From the IMG/VR virus record IMGVR_UViG_3300037851_000187, positions 1 through 36,191 of that record: DNA of 36,191 nucleotides. The stretch is one strand, 5' to 3'. Position numbers and translations under genes: made by a program. Shown here piece after piece: positions 34,601 to 36,191 of this stretch (positions within the stretch are counted from its first letter, which is position 1; the number at the start of each line of letters is the position of its first letter). This stretch comes from a virus. Taxonomy: Duplodnaviria > Caudoviricetes. Under the pieces are notes generated by a model that was not told where the DNA came from, did not search any database, and saw only the letters and a program-made list of their open reading frames with translations.

Positions 34601-35854
34601 TCATTCTCCGTTCACGGGCCTGATGTTGATGCCTTCCTTTTTCGCCATCGACACGAGCGCGTCGAGCGCCGTCCGTTGTTTCTCTGCTTGCTCGATCAGT
34701 TTCGCGGTCGGGTCGCGCAGATACGGGTTGGTGCCACCGAGTAAACCGGTGATCCTATCGGCCTCATTACCGAACCTATCCGCAATCCCTGGTCGCCACA
34801 TGCGCGCGTGAAATGCTTGACCCTCGCGCAACCACGAGACACGGCGAGCCACCGCGCCGGCTGGAGTCGCGTCTCGCGCCAGGTCGCCGATCGTGAACAT
34901 GCCGGGTTCACGGATCGACTCGTGAACACGGGCCTTGGCCTCGGCAAACTGTGCTTCAGCCGTCGCCAGTTCGCGCTTATGCTTGGCCAGTTGATCGGCC
35001 CGGGCCTTGTCCTTCTTCAACTGTTCATCCTTGGCGCGGTCGTCAGCGTCAATGCCCTTGTCCAGCAGTTCGAGTTCGTAAGCCGCAGCCGCGTCCGCTC
35101 GATCCTGCTCCGCGGCGAGCTTCGCGCTTTCCTTCTCAAGTGTTGCCTGGGATTCAAGCGCGGCCAGGGCGGCCTTCTCTTGCGCGATGAGGGTAGCCAT
35201 GTTCCCGAACCCGAGACCACCGCCACCGGCGATCTTCATCCAGTTCAAGCCGCCAACTGCAAGCTTGCTGAACCAAGTGGCCAGAGAGTTCTTTACGCGG
35301 TCCACTTCGGCGTCAGCTTTCTTCGCAGTGGCAATGTCGGTCTCGGATAGCTTCGAAAACTCTTCGCCCAGCTTGCGCACGGCATCGGAACCCTGCATGA
35401 GAAGCGGTAGCAGCTTGGTTCCTACTTTCCCGCCAAAGTTCTCGACCGCGATCTGCACGCGCTCGATCGGGTCCACGGTCTTTTGGATGACATCCGCGAT
35501 CCGCAGAAACTCCTCCTGCACGTCGGCGCCAGCAGGCAGCGTGTCGGCAAAGGCCTTCAGCATGCGTTCGATGGATTCCCGGCCAACCCCGGCGGCAACG
35601 GCCCAGTTCTGCAAATCCTGAACGAAGCCTTTGGAAACGGAAAACGTTTCGGCGAGCCGATCGATTTCCTCGACGCGCGACAAAAACTTGTCGAACCCCA
35701 TCATGACTGCCCCGGCGGTGAACATGCCGCCCAGGGTGCTTGTAATCTGGTGCGAAAATCTTGCAACCATCCCCTGAGCAATGCGCATGTTCTGCGCCAT
35801 GCTCGTGGCGTCCAGCCCGAGCGTAAATGCTATGTCCTCTCTATGCACTGCCAT
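34601..35854 (-). CDS. Tail tape measure protein (short, 417 aa)
   Basis: IAFTLGLDA N-terminus, FGGKVGTKLLPLL, Ala/Glu/Lys helical composition; follows the chaperone. Confidence 0.8.
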   Translation of the reverse strand: MAVHREDIAFTLGLDATSMAQNMRIAQGMVARFSHQITSTLGGMFTAGAVMMGFDKFLSRVEEIDRLAETFSVSKGFVQDLQNWAVAAGVGRESIERMLKAFADTLPAGADVQEEFLRIADVIQKTVDPIERVQIAVENFGGKVGTKLLPLLMQGSDAVRKLGEEFSKLSETDIATAKKADAEVDRVKNSLATWFSKLAVGGLNWMKIAGGGGLGFGNMATLIAQEKAALAALESQATLEKESAKLAAEQDRADAAAAYELELLDKGIDADDRAKDEQLKKDKARADQLAKHKRELATAEAQFAEAKARVHESIREPGMFTIGDLARDATPAGAVARRVSWLREGQAFHARMWRPGIADRFGNEADRITGLLGGTNPYLRDPTAKLIEQAEKQRTALDALVSMAKKEGINIRPVNGE

Positions 35855-36191
35855 CTTGCGCCTTTTCGTTTTGCGATTTTAGCCATGCCCCGCGGACCTT
35901 GTCGGATTGGTTGAAGAATATCTCGCTCGGGTTCTTTGTCTTGATGATACACCGCAGATACTGGTGCAGCCTGCGCACGGGTATCTGCATGATCTCGCGC
36001 TCGCTCCATCCTAGCTGGGTGGCTAAGTGAGTTACCACGTATGCCGCGCCGGAATAGTAAGTCGGCGAGAACACGTCACCGCGCTTGCCGCTACCTCCCG
36101 GACTGTCGCACAATGCGTCATCGACATACGCATTGATCGCGGTGACCAGGTCGAGAAACTTCAGCTTCAGCGTGCGCCGCATGAACCGCGC
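35841..36191 (-). CDS. Putative tail assembly chaperone, 3' part (starts at 439 across the junction)
   Basis: HLATQLGWSEREIMQIP resembles the chaperone C-terminal extension motif; frame is continuous across the overlap. Confidence 0.7.
   Translation of the reverse strand, partial: ARFMRRTLKLKFLDLVTAINAYVDDALCDSPGGSGKRGDVFSPTYYSGAAYVVTHLATQLGWSEREIMQIPVRRLHQYLRCIIKTKNPSEIFFNQSDKVRGAWLKSQNEKAQDGSA
36065..36191. repeat. Terminal 127-bp direct repeat, copy 2
   Basis: Identical to 1-127. Confidence 0.95.

Noticed and set aside
36065-36191. 127-bp terminal repeat as a biological direct terminal repeat
   Set aside because: It falls mid-gene and equals a standard assembler k-mer length; GpA-type terminases typically produce cos ends

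Overview
This window looks like a complete, circularly assembled temperate siphovirus-like genome of 36,064 bp. Bases 1-127 repeat at 36065-36191, and one ORF reads straight through that junction. Almost all genes are on the minus strand. In transcription order they are: a divergent ribbon-helix-helix switch; excisionase, recombination and replication genes; an iteron-type origin; lambda-type TerS/TerL, portal and a ClpP-capsid fusion; four signal-peptide proteins; lysis genes; neck genes, two paralogous tail-tube genes, a short tape measure and tail tip/fibre genes; a metallophosphoesterase; and a tyrosine integrase. Two features stand out. (1) Apparent virion proteins (a capsid-adjacent protein, two beta-helix spike-like proteins, a collar-domain fibre) carry Sec-type signal peptides, and a Thr-Asn dipeptide is enriched in them and in the capsid. 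This suggests extracytoplasmic folding, modification or assembly of the adsorption apparatus. (2) Two paralogous C-terminal HTH proteins are each followed by their own pair of palindromes 55-56 bp apart, just before the next operon, as in a Mu Mor/C-like activation cascade. A Verrucomicrobiota/PVC host is inferred only. All family assignments come from motif recognition by eye; no database searches were run.
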